64,000 bases of DNA from Bdellovibrio sp. (GTDB lineage: Bacteria > Bdellovibrionota > Bdellovibrionia > Bdellovibrionales > Bdellovibrionaceae): positions 2,496,001-2,560,000 of the forward strand of contig JAKFCY010000002.1 of assembly GCA_036676395.1 (NCBI GenBank). Reading direction: 5' to 3'. This document shows positions 19,015 to 28,976 of the stretch, piece after piece (position 1 is the first letter of the stretch; each line of letters begins with the position of its first letter). The position numbers were made by a program, and so were the translations under genes. A model generated the notes under the pieces. It saw only the letters and a list, made by a program, of their open reading frames with translations, had not been told where the DNA came from and did not search any database.

Positions 19015-20220
19015 TCACGATGAATAATCAACAAGACTGTCTATAGACTTGACGTTTTTGAGGGCCATATAGAGGCGTTCAACGCCTAAAGCAATACCGG
19101 CGCTCGGGGGCATGCCGTACTCAAGTGACTGGAAAAATTCTTCATCAAGAGTGACAGTTTTTTTCCCTAATTGTTTCTTTTTTTCTAAATCTTCATTGGC
19201 ACGTGCGCGTTGTACGCTTGGATTATTTAACTCGTGAAAAGCATTCGCAAGCTCTAGGCCCTTCCAGTACACTTCAAAACGCTCGGCCCAGCCATCTTTA
19301 TCAATACGCGCAAGAGCTGCCTGATAGGGAGGGTATTTTTCAACAAATACTAATCTATCCTGTGGCCATTTATTTTCGATTTTTTCCATGAAGATTAAAT
19401 AGAAATAATCATCAATACTAGTGGCACTTTGCACATCGACATTAAGCTTCTGGGCTAAGGCTTTTAATTCTTCAGGCGTTGTCGTGGGTTTAAAATCAAA
19501 TTGGCAGTAGGTTTTAAATAGGTCTGCGACAGAAAAAGTTAAAACTTCTTTCGGGCGCTCGACACGCAATTTATCTGAGATATATTCAATAAGTTCGATG
19601 GTGTCGTGTTTCATATTCGCTAAATACGACATCGCCCGGTACCACTCTAACATTAGAAATTCATGATGGTGGCGTTCAGTTTTTTCGTTATTACGAAATA
19701 CGGGAGCTATTTCAAATACCCGATCGGCGCCTAGGCTTAACAATTTTTTTAAATGTAATTCTGGCGAAGTTGGCAGAAAGTATTTTTTTGTTTTAGAACC
19801 TAAAACTAATTCGGTTTCAAAAACATCTAAACTGGGTTCTGTTCCGGGGCATTCAACAAGAGTTGGTGTTTTAACTTCTAAGAAACGTTTTTCATGAAAA
19901 AACACGCGTAAGTGATGCAGATATTCAAAAAAGCCTTTTTTACGTAACCAAGGGTCTTCATCGGCTTTATAGAATCCAGGGCGTGTCGTTAAATTCGGCG
20001 CCAGTAACACAAACTGGCCTGCTCCCATGATGGCGATGAGATCTCCATCAACTAAGACTTCAGAACCTTTATATTGGGGAGCATCTTTGGCTTTAAATTC
20101 ACTGACGTTATTTACGCCAACTCTAAGCTGGTTTACTCTGCCATACTGCAGAAAACCGCGTGGACAATCAGGGTATGCCGTCCAGTGTTGTTGAAGATAT
20201 TCATCTCTTGTTTTGCCCAT
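19015..20220 (-). CDS. epmA: EF-P lysine aminoacylase EpmA/GenX with N-terminal extension
   Basis: EVKTPTL, LPTSPELHLKKLL, FRNNE, EFLMLEWY, ERFE, ELANAFHEL, GIALGVERL. Confidence 0.9.
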   Translation of the reverse strand: MGKTRDEYLQQHWTAYPDCPRGFLQYGRVNQLRVGVNNVSEFKAKDAPQYKGSEVLVDGDLIAIMGAGQFVLLAPNLTTRPGFYKADEDPWLRKKGFFEYLHHLRVFFHEKRFLEVKTPTLVECPGTEPSLDVFETELVLGSKTKKYFLPTSPELHLKKLLSLGADRVFEIAPVFRNNEKTERHHHEFLMLEWYRAMSYLANMKHDTIELIEYISDKLRVERPKEVLTFSVADLFKTYCQFDFKPTTTPEELKALAQKLNVDVQSATSIDDYFYLIFMEKIENKWPQDRLVFVEKYPPYQAALARIDKDGWAERFEVYWKGLELANAFHELNNPSVQRARANEDLEKKKQLGKKTVTLDEEFFQSLEYGMPPSAGIALGVERLYMALKNVKSIDSLVDYSS

Positions 20221-20249
20221 GGCTAAAAGATGACTTATAAACTAGGTCT

Positions 20250-21722
20250 ATGCAAACACTATCTCTTTCTCAAGAATTACCAAAAAGATTCAGTTCTTTT
20301 TTCGAACAACAATTTAATCATTACAAAAATAAAGCGGACTTCGTCGCGTTTAAAATGATTTCTGAAACGACACGGGATTTCACTGTGCGTAACGGTAAGC
20401 CTGACATGATGCACACGTTTCATGATATCGGCGTATTAATTGAGATTATGAAAGATGGTCACATCGGCTACGGCGCCACTTGCGAATTAACGGCTAACGG
20501 TATTGCCCGCGCATTTACTATGGCCGAAAAAATGACCGGCATCAGCAGTAAATATCCTGTCGCTAAATTTGATATGTCAGTTCGCCCTAAATCGATTGGC
20601 AAATATAAATCCTCTCGCCAAACAGGATTAGATCAATTATCTGCGGCTGAAATTTATGATTTCTTAAAAAAGACATCTAACAAATTAAAAGTGAACGATA
20701 AAATCATTAACGCTTCAGCTGAAGCCATGGTGATTGAATGCCGTCAGCATTATTTATCTTCGCAAGGGGCTAACTTTGAACAAGATTTTAATATTATCGT
20801 CAGTGCTTTTTCTGCGACTGCACAAGATGGCACTGAAACCCAAACTCGCTCATTACATGGTGGCCGCGGTATTTGTTTACAAATCGGTTCTGAATTTTTT
20901 AATTTAGAAAACACTTTAGCTGATTGCGAACAAACATCGGCTGATGCTTTAGAATTATTAACAGCTCCAAACTGCCCGACTGAAACTTGTGACGTGATTT
21001 TAGCGCCGGATCAAATGTTATTACAAATTCATGAATCAATTGGTCACCCGTTAGAATTAGATCGCATCTTAGGAGACGAGCGAAATTTTGCTGGCTGGAG
21101 CTTCGTGCAACCGCAGGATTTCGGCTCATTAGAATACGGAAGCCCAATGATGAATGTAGTGTTTGACCCGGCCACTTCAAATCAAATGGCCAGTTACGCC
21201 TTTGATGAAGTTGGAAATCCAGCCGAGAAAAAATATTTAATTAAAGATGGTATCTTGCAAGCTGGTCTTGGCAGCTTAGAAAGCCAATTCAGAAGCAAAC
21301 TATCAGGTGTAGCAAATTCCAGATCAAGCTCATGGAATCGCGCTCCGATTGATCGTATGGCTAATATTAATCTTGAAGGTGGATCGCAATCTTTAGAACA
21401 AATGATCAGCTCTATGGAAAATGGCGTAATCATGTATGCTAACCGTTCGTGGTCAATTGATGATTACCGTCGTAAATTTCAATTCGGCTGTGAATTAGCC
21501 AAACAAGTTAAAAACGGTAAGATCGTTGGCACATTAAAAAATCCAAATTACCGCGGCATTACAGTGCCTTTCTGGAAAAGCCTTGCAGGCCTAACCAGCA
21601 CTGATACCTGTGAAACATACGGATCACCTTACTGCGGCAAAGGCGAACCAAGTCAGATCATTCGCGTTGGCCATTCATCGCCGTACGCTCTATTTAATAA
21701 TATCGAAATTTTTGGTGGTTAA
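20250..21722 (+). CDS. tldD: TldD metalloprotease
   Basis: IHESIGHPLELDR (HExxxH), SWSIDD, CGKGEP. Confidence 0.9.
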   Translation: MQTLSLSQELPKRFSSFFEQQFNHYKNKADFVAFKMISETTRDFTVRNGKPDMMHTFHDIGVLIEIMKDGHIGYGATCELTANGIARAFTMAEKMTGISSKYPVAKFDMSVRPKSIGKYKSSRQTGLDQLSAAEIYDFLKKTSNKLKVNDKIINASAEAMVIECRQHYLSSQGANFEQDFNIIVSAFSATAQDGTETQTRSLHGGRGICLQIGSEFFNLENTLADCEQTSADALELLTAPNCPTETCDVILAPDQMLLQIHESIGHPLELDRILGDERNFAGWSFVQPQDFGSLEYGSPMMNVVFDPATSNQMASYAFDEVGNPAEKKYLIKDGILQAGLGSLESQFRSKLSGVANSRSSSWNRAPIDRMANINLEGGSQSLEQMISSMENGVIMYANRSWSIDDYRRKFQFGCELAKQVKNGKIVGTLKNPNYRGITVPFWKSLAGLTSTDTCETYGSPYCGKGEPSQIIRVGHSSPYALFNNIEIFGG

Positions 21723-21726
21723 GATT

Positions 21727-23046
21727 ATGAAGACTTATATTAAAAAATTCTCTGAAGATCTATTCGCAACTTTAAAACCTCAGGAGCAACTTGGTTTATT
21801 TTTGCACTCTGAAGATTCAACGTTTATTCGCTTTTCGCAAAGCAAAGTGCGCCAAAACACTTCGGTGCACCAGCATGAAGTGACTTTGCAGTTTAATAAA
21901 GAACAACGCACCTTAAAAATGCGCTTTAATTTAACGCTGGATTTAACTCATGACCTGCAAAGTGCAAAACACTTATTAGATGATGCGCGCGTTCAGTTAA
22001 TGCAAATGGATCCACACCCGCAATTTATCGCGTTTAAGAATAATGGACAAAGTGAAACTTTTAAAAAAGTAGACCGCCCTGCGGATTCTGAAATCCCCGG
22101 ATTAATTTATGATACCTACAAAGACACTGACCTTGCCGGTTTTTGGTGTTCAGGCCCGCTACGCCAAGCTTCGATCAATTCTGAAGGTCAATTTCATTTT
22201 TTCGAAACAGATTATTTCTTTTTGGATTATTCGTTATACAATGGCCCAAAAGCCGCTAAAGGCTATTATTCAGCCGAGAATTTCTTGCTGGCTGAATTTG
22301 AAGCGCAAGCCCAGGCGACCAAAAATAAATTAAATTTATTAAACCGCCCGACACAGACCATTCCGCGGGGCTTACACAATGTTTATCTTGAACCAATGGC
22401 TATGGCAGAAATTATGGGAACATTAGCCTGGGGCTCATTAAGCCAGGGCACATTTAACAAAGGTTATGCGCCATTAAAAAAATTAAAAGATAAAGAAGTA
22501 AAATTATCTTCGAAATTTTCTTTAACTGAAAATTTTGATTTAGGTTATTCGCCGTTGTTCAATTCAATGGGCGAGTTAAGTCCGAATAAAATTGAATTGA
22601 TCAAAGACGGCGAATTAAAAACGATGTTAACCAGCACTTCAACTGCGAAAGAGTACAATATTGAAACAAACTTCGCAGACATCTCTGAAGCTCCGCGTAG
22701 TCTGGAAGTTAGAGCCGGCACTCTAGAAACAAAAGATATTTTGTCAAAATTAGGTCAAGGACTCTATCTTTCAAACTTACATTACATCAACTACTCAGAC
22801 GTGCAAACTGCGCGCATGACAGGAATGACTCGCTTTGCATGCTTTTACGTAGATAAGGGCGAAATCGTTGGTCCTATTCAAGACTTACGCTTTGACGAGT
22901 CGATTTTTAATATCTTCGGTGATAACTTGGTCGAACTTACAAAAGAGTCGTCAGTTTACGTCAGCACGATGACTTACCTGAAACGTGATCTTGGGGCATT
23001 CAAGACGCCGGGTGCGTTGATTAAGAATTTTAACTTTACTCTGTAA
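21727..23046 (+). CDS. TldE/PmbA-family partner subunit
   Basis: Follows tldD; FIRF, YLEP, TGMTR, LRFDES; lacks HExxxH. Confidence 0.85.
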   Translation: MKTYIKKFSEDLFATLKPQEQLGLFLHSEDSTFIRFSQSKVRQNTSVHQHEVTLQFNKEQRTLKMRFNLTLDLTHDLQSAKHLLDDARVQLMQMDPHPQFIAFKNNGQSETFKKVDRPADSEIPGLIYDTYKDTDLAGFWCSGPLRQASINSEGQFHFFETDYFFLDYSLYNGPKAAKGYYSAENFLLAEFEAQAQATKNKLNLLNRPTQTIPRGLHNVYLEPMAMAEIMGTLAWGSLSQGTFNKGYAPLKKLKDKEVKLSSKFSLTENFDLGYSPLFNSMGELSPNKIELIKDGELKTMLTSTSTAKEYNIETNFADISEAPRSLEVRAGTLETKDILSKLGQGLYLSNLHYINYSDVQTARMTGMTRFACFYVDKGEIVGPIQDLRFDESIFNIFGDNLVELTKESSVYVSTMTYLKRDLGAFKTPGALIKNFNFTL

Positions 23047-23107
23047 ATGTTTTTGTATTTAAGTTAGGATAAGACTATATAACGAGTAACTCTTTAAGGA
23101 GACTTTT

Positions 23108-23539
23108 ATGGCTTTAACAAATATCCAAAAAATCGTACAAAAACTTTCTGAACAAAAAGGTGTAAAAAAAGTCATCGCTGACGTTCAAGCGGTCACTCAT
23201 GATTTACAAACTAAGATCCAAAAGATCTCTGCAGACAAAGCAGTAAAAAAATATAAAGACTTAGCTAAAAAAGTTGTAGCTGCTGAAAACGAACTTCAAA
23301 GAGAAGTTCATAAAGTTGTGGCACAAGTAAAACGTTCAGCAACTGATGTTGAAAAAAACTTAGCAGCTTATAAAAAGAAAGCTGAAGCACAAAGATCTAA
23401 AATCGAAAAAGCGATCAAAGCCAAAGCTTCTGAGTACGGTGTGAAAACTAAAAAAGCGCCGAAAGCGAAAGCCAAATCAAAAGCCAGACCTACTGTGCGC
23501 AAAGCGAAGAAAAAAACTTCAGCTCGCAAAAAGTCTTAA
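23108..23539 (+). CDS. basic coiled-coil protein with Lys/Ala-rich tail
   Basis: AAGGAG RBS; helical heptads; C-terminal KKAPKAKAKSKARPTVRKAKKK. Confidence 0.75.
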   Translation: MALTNIQKIVQKLSEQKGVKKVIADVQAVTHDLQTKIQKISADKAVKKYKDLAKKVVAAENELQREVHKVVAQVKRSATDVEKNLAAYKKKAEAQRSKIEKAIKAKASEYGVKTKKAPKAKAKSKARPTVRKAKKKTSARKKS

Positions 23540-23629
23540 GACCTAAGTAGGAATTGTAAAGATTTGGTCCTGAAAAGCTCCAGTCAATTTACTATTATGT
23601 CGATCCTACTGCCATGAAATGGAGCTTTC

Positions 23630-24886
23630 ATGGCAAAGCAATTTAAATTAAAAAATCTTCGCAGCTTAGCACTGATATCACTCCTGGCCTTATCGGCCTG
23701 CGAAAAAAGCGCTGACGAAATTTTAGCCGCAACTAATTCTAAAATTTTATATGTTTCAACTGGTTCATGCAATTCGGGACAAGGTATTACAACCTACACC
23801 ACGACAGCTACGCGTACCGTAGAAAGATACTTATCTTCAAACGGCGTAAATTTAGGATACCTACTAGATTATAATATTTTTGGTCTATTTACCACAGCCA
23901 CACACCCGCGCACTCTGATCGATAATGGCACTCACCTCTTAATTCTTAATGAACATGCGACAGCCTCTGAACGTCGGATTATCAAAGTTCCTAAAACTGA
24001 CCCTCTTTCATTCACTAATTATTACGCCAACGCCACAGCCCTAAGTGGCGTCTTAAGAGGAATGGCCATGGATTCTGAAGGCAGCCTTATTGTTGGCAAA
24101 TCCACTGCTATTGAAAAAGTTGGCGCCAATCAAACACGCGTGCTGGCCGGAGCTGCGCCCTGGATCAATGCCCCCGCAGGCACCTGCGCCACAGCAACAA
24201 CCGCCATGAGTTCTGTAGTTACTCTTCCTCCTGTTTCAGCCGGAGTACCCGGAAAAATTGTATTCGCACACCAAGGAGCCACAGCAGCTCTTAATCGACT
24301 GGGATTAATTTCAGGAACTGGATATTTCGCTGCAGGCGACTGTTTAAATGGAGTTCAAATTTCATCAGTAACTCACACTAAAGCTGCAAATCTTGCTGTA
24401 AATACCGTGGCTTTTAATGCCGCCGGAACCTCGCCGACTTCTATGCTGTTGATTCCTTTCGTTAGCGGATCTGTTACGGCAAAACTTATTGTTAGCTATT
24501 CTAATGGTCAGACCAGCAATAGCGCTGCGGGCACTTACAATTTGAACCATGGGATTGTTTCATGGGATGTTACCGAAACATCTTCAACGGCAGGTACATT
24601 ATCTAATCCAGTCGTACTTTATGACAACCCGACTTATTTATTCGGCGTCTCGGCGATGGCTTACGATAGTGACACGCAATCACTTTATGTCGCAACAGCC
24701 GGAGACCCAGGCGTTGTAAATCAAACAACAAACAATTATGGCTATAATATTGAAAAGTTCAGCGTAAGCTTCACCAATGCCCAAACGACAGGCTTAGAAC
24801 TGACTCGCCAAGCGAGCAACAACTTGCCTTTTATTCGCGGTGGAGCGAATACAAAGTGCATTAGTGACATCACCTTAGGCTACTAA
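23630..24886 (+). CDS. Ser/Thr/Ala-rich lipoprotein, probable beta-propeller
   Basis: Lipobox LSAC; GMAMDSEG and AMAYDSDTQSLYVA blade-like motifs; GGAG RBS. Confidence 0.7.
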   Translation: MAKQFKLKNLRSLALISLLALSACEKSADEILAATNSKILYVSTGSCNSGQGITTYTTTATRTVERYLSSNGVNLGYLLDYNIFGLFTTATHPRTLIDNGTHLLILNEHATASERRIIKVPKTDPLSFTNYYANATALSGVLRGMAMDSEGSLIVGKSTAIEKVGANQTRVLAGAAPWINAPAGTCATATTAMSSVVTLPPVSAGVPGKIVFAHQGATAALNRLGLISGTGYFAAGDCLNGVQISSVTHTKAANLAVNTVAFNAAGTSPTSMLLIPFVSGSVTAKLIVSYSNGQTSNSAAGTYNLNHGIVSWDVTETSSTAGTLSNPVVLYDNPTYLFGVSAMAYDSDTQSLYVATAGDPGVVNQTTNNYGYNIEKFSVSFTNAQTTGLELTRQASNNLPFIRGGANTKCISDITLGY

Positions 24887-25004
24887 TCAAGATCGACCAC
24901 AAAATAAGCACTTAGCTATACGGCGCAAGCGCTCCGTGTAGATCATTGTGCCCTTAATCCCCCCGTGATAGCGTGTTTTCGAACAATTACATACGGGGAT
25001 ATAC

Positions 25005-27860
25005 ATGGATTTAAATACGTCACTTTCTACCCTTCACACGAACTCGGAATTTACTGGCCGCCATATTGGCCCAACACCCGCAGATCAACAAGACATGCTA
25101 AACACTCTTGGTTTTACAAACTTCGATGAACTGATGACCAAGGTCGTTCCGAAAACTATTTTTTCAAATGAAAAACTAAATGTGGGCGACGGAATTTCTG
25201 AATTTGAAATTTTAAACCAGCTTAAAAAAACAGTTTCTGAAAATAAAGTTTTCAGAACTCTTATCGGCATGGGCTTTCACGATACGATCACGCCGTCTCC
25301 GATTTTACGTAACGTGTTTGAAAATCCAGTGTGGTACACGGCTTACACGCCTTACCAACCAGAAATTTCGCAAGGCCGTTTAGAAAGTTTATTAAACTTT
25401 CAAACAATGATTGCTGACCTTACAGGAATGGAAATTTCAAATGCTTCGTTATTAGATGAAGGCACTGCTGCTGCAGAAGCTTTAATGATGGCCCATTCAT
25501 TGTGTAAGAAAAAAGACTGCAATGCTTTTGTGGTTCACCCACAAGCTCATCCGCATGTAATTGAAGTTTTAAAAACTCGCGCTGAGCCGTTAAAATTAGA
25601 AATGATCATTGCTGATCCTTCGACTTACGATTTTAAAAAAGAAATCTTTGCAGCGATTTTTCAATACCCGACAACAGAAGGTACACTTGAAGATTACAGC
25701 GCAATCACGACAAAACTTCATGATCACGGTGCTTTAGCGATTGCTTCAGTTGATTTATTAGCACTAACGCTATTAACACCTCCGGGTGAATGGGGTGCGG
25801 ATATCGTTGTGGGTAACTCGCAACGTTTCGGCGTGCCATTGGGCTTTGGTGGCCCTCACGCTGCTTACTTAGCAACTAAAGATGCTTACAAACGTTCGTT
25901 ACCAGGCCGTCTAGTAGGAGTGTCTGTTGATAGTCATGGTAAAAAAGCCTTACGCTTAACTTTACAAACTCGTGAACAACATATTCGTCGCGAAAAAGCG
26001 ACTTCAAACATTTGCACCGCGCAAGTGTTGTTAGCCAATATCGCAGCGATGTACGGCATTTATCACGGACCACAGGGTTTAAAGAAAATAGCGTTACGCG
26101 CTCACCGCTTAACTCAATTAGCCGTAGCTGGTTTAGAAAAATTAGGCTTTAAAACAACGACTACGCAATTTTTTGACACTGTAAAAATTAAAACTGATAA
26201 AACAGCTGCCATTGTAGCTGCCGCTGAAAAATTAGAAATCAACGTGCGCGTTTACAATGACGGTGTTGGTTTTTCTATTAACGAAACTTGCAACCACAAA
26301 TTAGTTGAAGATTTATTAATCGCTTTCAACAACGGTCAGGCATTAACTTTCAAATTGGCTGATCTTGAAGCGGGATTAAAAAATCAATGGAACAAAGAAT
26401 TTGTTCGCACCACTGATTTCATGACTCACGCGACGTTTAACAGATATCACTCTGAAACAGAGTTGATGCGATACATTTACCAATTGCAAAATAAAGACAT
26501 CACTTTAACTCACTCAATGATTCCACTTGGATCGTGCACGATGAAATTAAATGCGGCCACCGAACTTATTCCGGTTTCTTGGCCAGAGATTAGCAAAATG
26601 CATCCGTTCGTTCCAAGCAATCAAACACTGGGTTACCAAAAATTAATTAAAGATCTTGAACAAAAACTTTGCGCGATCACGGGTTTTGCCGCTGTTTCAT
26701 TACAACCAAACTCTGGCGCCCAGGGTGAATACACTGGATTACTTGTAATTCGTGAATACTTTAAAGCCAGAAATGAATTACACAGAAACGTATGTTTGAT
26801 TCCCTCTTCGGCTCACGGAACAAACCCCGCATCGGCAGTGCTTGCAGGTTTTCAGGTTGTGGTTACGGCGTGTGATGAAAACGGAAACGTTGATTTAAAT
26901 GATTTACGTGCAAAAGCTGAATTACATAAAGATAAATTAGCGGCAATGATGGTGACTTACCCGTCAACTCACGGAATCTTTGAAGAAGCGATCACTGATA
27001 TTTGCGAAATCATTCACAAAAATGGTGGCCAGGTTTACATGGATGGCGCAAATTTAAATGCGTTAGTGGGCGTTGCTCAACCAGGAAAATTCGGACCAGA
27101 TGTTTCGCATATGAATTTACATAAAACATTTGCGATTCCTCACGGCGGTGGCGGACCAGGTGTTGGCCCGATTGGTGTTGGCGCGCATTTAGCTCCGTAT
27201 TTACCAAAACATTCATTAGTTAAAGAAGCAGGCCCAGCAACGGGTATAAGCTCTACCACATCAGCGCCATGGGGTTCAGCTTCGATTTTACCAATCAGCT
27301 GGAGCTACATCACCATGATGGGTGCTGCAGGCTTAAAACAGGCGACAATGACTTCAATCTTATCAGCAAACTACATCGCTAAGAAATTAGCGCCTCACTA
27401 CCCGATCGTTTACAAAGGTAAAGAAGGTCTAGTAGCGCATGAATGTATTATTGATATTCGCCCGCTTAAAAAATCTCATGAGATTGATGTGACTGATATC
27501 GCAAAACGTTTAATGGATTTCGGTTTTCATGCGCCAACAATGTCTTGGCCAGTGATCGGTACATTGATGATCGAACCAACTGAGTCAGAATCAAAACGCG
27601 AGATCGATCGTTTTTGTGAAGCCATGATTCAAATTCGCAAAGAAGCGGACGCCTGCCCTGATGTGATTAGAAATGCTCCCCACACGGCTGAAACGCTTTT
27701 AGCGACTGAATGGAACCATAAGTACACTCGTGAAGTTGCGGCTTACCCTGCATCTTGGGTGAAAACGAATAAATACTGGCCACCAGTAGGTCGTGTAGAT
27801 AACGTTTACGGTGATAAAAACATCGTGTGCTCTTGCCCTCCGTTAGATTCATACACCTAG
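25005..27860 (+). CDS. gcvP: glycine dehydrogenase (decarboxylating), single-chain P protein
   Basis: YTPYQPEISQGRLE, REQHIRREKATSNICT, PLGSCTMKLN, NLHKTF, PHGGGGPG. Confidence 0.97.
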   Translation: MDLNTSLSTLHTNSEFTGRHIGPTPADQQDMLNTLGFTNFDELMTKVVPKTIFSNEKLNVGDGISEFEILNQLKKTVSENKVFRTLIGMGFHDTITPSPILRNVFENPVWYTAYTPYQPEISQGRLESLLNFQTMIADLTGMEISNASLLDEGTAAAEALMMAHSLCKKKDCNAFVVHPQAHPHVIEVLKTRAEPLKLEMIIADPSTYDFKKEIFAAIFQYPTTEGTLEDYSAITTKLHDHGALAIASVDLLALTLLTPPGEWGADIVVGNSQRFGVPLGFGGPHAAYLATKDAYKRSLPGRLVGVSVDSHGKKALRLTLQTREQHIRREKATSNICTAQVLLANIAAMYGIYHGPQGLKKIALRAHRLTQLAVAGLEKLGFKTTTTQFFDTVKIKTDKTAAIVAAAEKLEINVRVYNDGVGFSINETCNHKLVEDLLIAFNNGQALTFKLADLEAGLKNQWNKEFVRTTDFMTHATFNRYHSETELMRYIYQLQNKDITLTHSMIPLGSCTMKLNAATELIPVSWPEISKMHPFVPSNQTLGYQKLIKDLEQKLCAITGFAAVSLQPNSGAQGEYTGLLVIREYFKARNELHRNVCLIPSSAHGTNPASAVLAGFQVVVTACDENGNVDLNDLRAKAELHKDKLAAMMVTYPSTHGIFEEAITDICEIIHKNGGQVYMDGANLNALVGVAQPGKFGPDVSHMNLHKTFAIPHGGGGPGVGPIGVGAHLAPYLPKHSLVKEAGPATGISSTTSAPWGSASILPISWSYITMMGAAGLKQATMTSILSANYIAKKLAPHYPIVYKGKEGLVAHECIIDIRPLKKSHEIDVTDIAKRLMDFGFHAPTMSWPVIGTLMIEPTESESKREIDRFCEAMIQIRKEADACPDVIRNAPHTAETLLATEWNHKYTREVAAYPASWVKTNKYWPPVGRVDNVYGDKNIVCSCPPLDSYT

Positions 27861-28816
27861 TGAAAAAAATCGTTCTGATCCGTTTAGATAAAATCGGCGA
27901 CTTGATCTGTACACTACCTACAGATCAAGTGTTGGATCAGAGCGCCTACGATGTCACCTGGGTCGTGCAAAAAGGCATGGGTCGCATTGTAGAATACGGC
28001 GAAAAAAAGCGCCGCTACATCGAACTTGATAAAGAAAATCCTGAAGCTTCCAGAAAAATATTTGCTGAATTCTTAGAGAAAAGTAATTTTGATTACGCCG
28101 TTAGTTTTCAATGCCCTTGGTGGATCAATTACGAATTATTTAAACATCGTATTCGCCATCGCATTGGTGTTTTAAGCCAGTGGCATAGTTTTCTGTTTTT
28201 AAACGAAGGTGTTCGTCAGAAACGATCACGTGCTATCAAGCATGAATTTGAATATAACTTAGAACTGATCGAAAAAATCACTGGGCCGATCACACAAGAT
28301 CCGAAAAAAATTCTTTTCAGATTTAAAAAACCACAATCAACCGCAACGCTTGATAAGTTTGGTCTTAAACCAAATTATATTGTAGTTCATCCGGGAATGA
28401 TGGGTTCAGCACTGAACTGGCCACAACAAAAATACATTGAATATATTGCTAAACAAATTTCGTTAAATCGTATCATTGTGATCACCGGAACAGATTCTGA
28501 CGAACCCTATTTGAACGAAATAAAATCTGTTTACGTAAACCACCCCCAAGTTAAATGGCTGCAAAGTAAATTAAATTTCAACGAACTTTTAGAAATTTTA
28601 AATTATTCTGAAAAAATAATTGCGCCCTCGACAGGAGTCGCGCACATCGCTTCTAGTTTAGACAAAGAAGTGCATGCGATTTTTTCGCATATTCGTGTTC
28701 ATCACCCGATACGTTGGGCACCACGCGGAGAAAACATTCATATCTATTTACCAAAAGTTACCAATCCCGAGACGTGCGATCACACTGATTGCATGACTAA
28801 GATCGAGCTTCCTTAG
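27860..28816 (+). CDS. GT9 (heptosyltransferase-like) glycosyltransferase
   Basis: IRLDKIGDL, VVHPG, STGVAHIA, RWAP; GTG start overlaps the gcvP TAG. Confidence 0.85.
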   Translation: MKKIVLIRLDKIGDLICTLPTDQVLDQSAYDVTWVVQKGMGRIVEYGEKKRRYIELDKENPEASRKIFAEFLEKSNFDYAVSFQCPWWINYELFKHRIRHRIGVLSQWHSFLFLNEGVRQKRSRAIKHEFEYNLELIEKITGPITQDPKKILFRFKKPQSTATLDKFGLKPNYIVVHPGMMGSALNWPQQKYIEYIAKQISLNRIIVITGTDSDEPYLNEIKSVYVNHPQVKWLQSKLNFNELLEILNYSEKIIAPSTGVAHIASSLDKEVHAIFSHIRVHHPIRWAPRGENIHIYLPKVTNPETCDHTDCMTKIELP

Positions 28817-28922
28817 GACGTAAGTCCTGTAAAAATCATCTACAATTCATAGGCAATTCATTCTTGTTTCTAACCTGAATTTAGCAGGTTCGTGTCCAAT
28901 TTTTCTACAATTTCTACGTCTC

Positions 28923-28950
28923 TAACGTTGCTGCAAAACCGCGCCGATAG
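28923..28950 (+). promoter_or_regulatory. putative sigma28 promoter
   Basis: TAAC-N16-GCCGATAG, 27 nt before ATG 28977; -35 and spacing are imperfect. Confidence 0.5.
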
Positions 28951-28976
28951 AGCCTTTGCAAAAAAGAGGACTCAAC

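Noticed and set aside
20250..23539. tldD/tldE as part of a RiPP cluster
   Set aside because: No YcaO or other modifying enzyme, precursor-like peptide or exporter nearby
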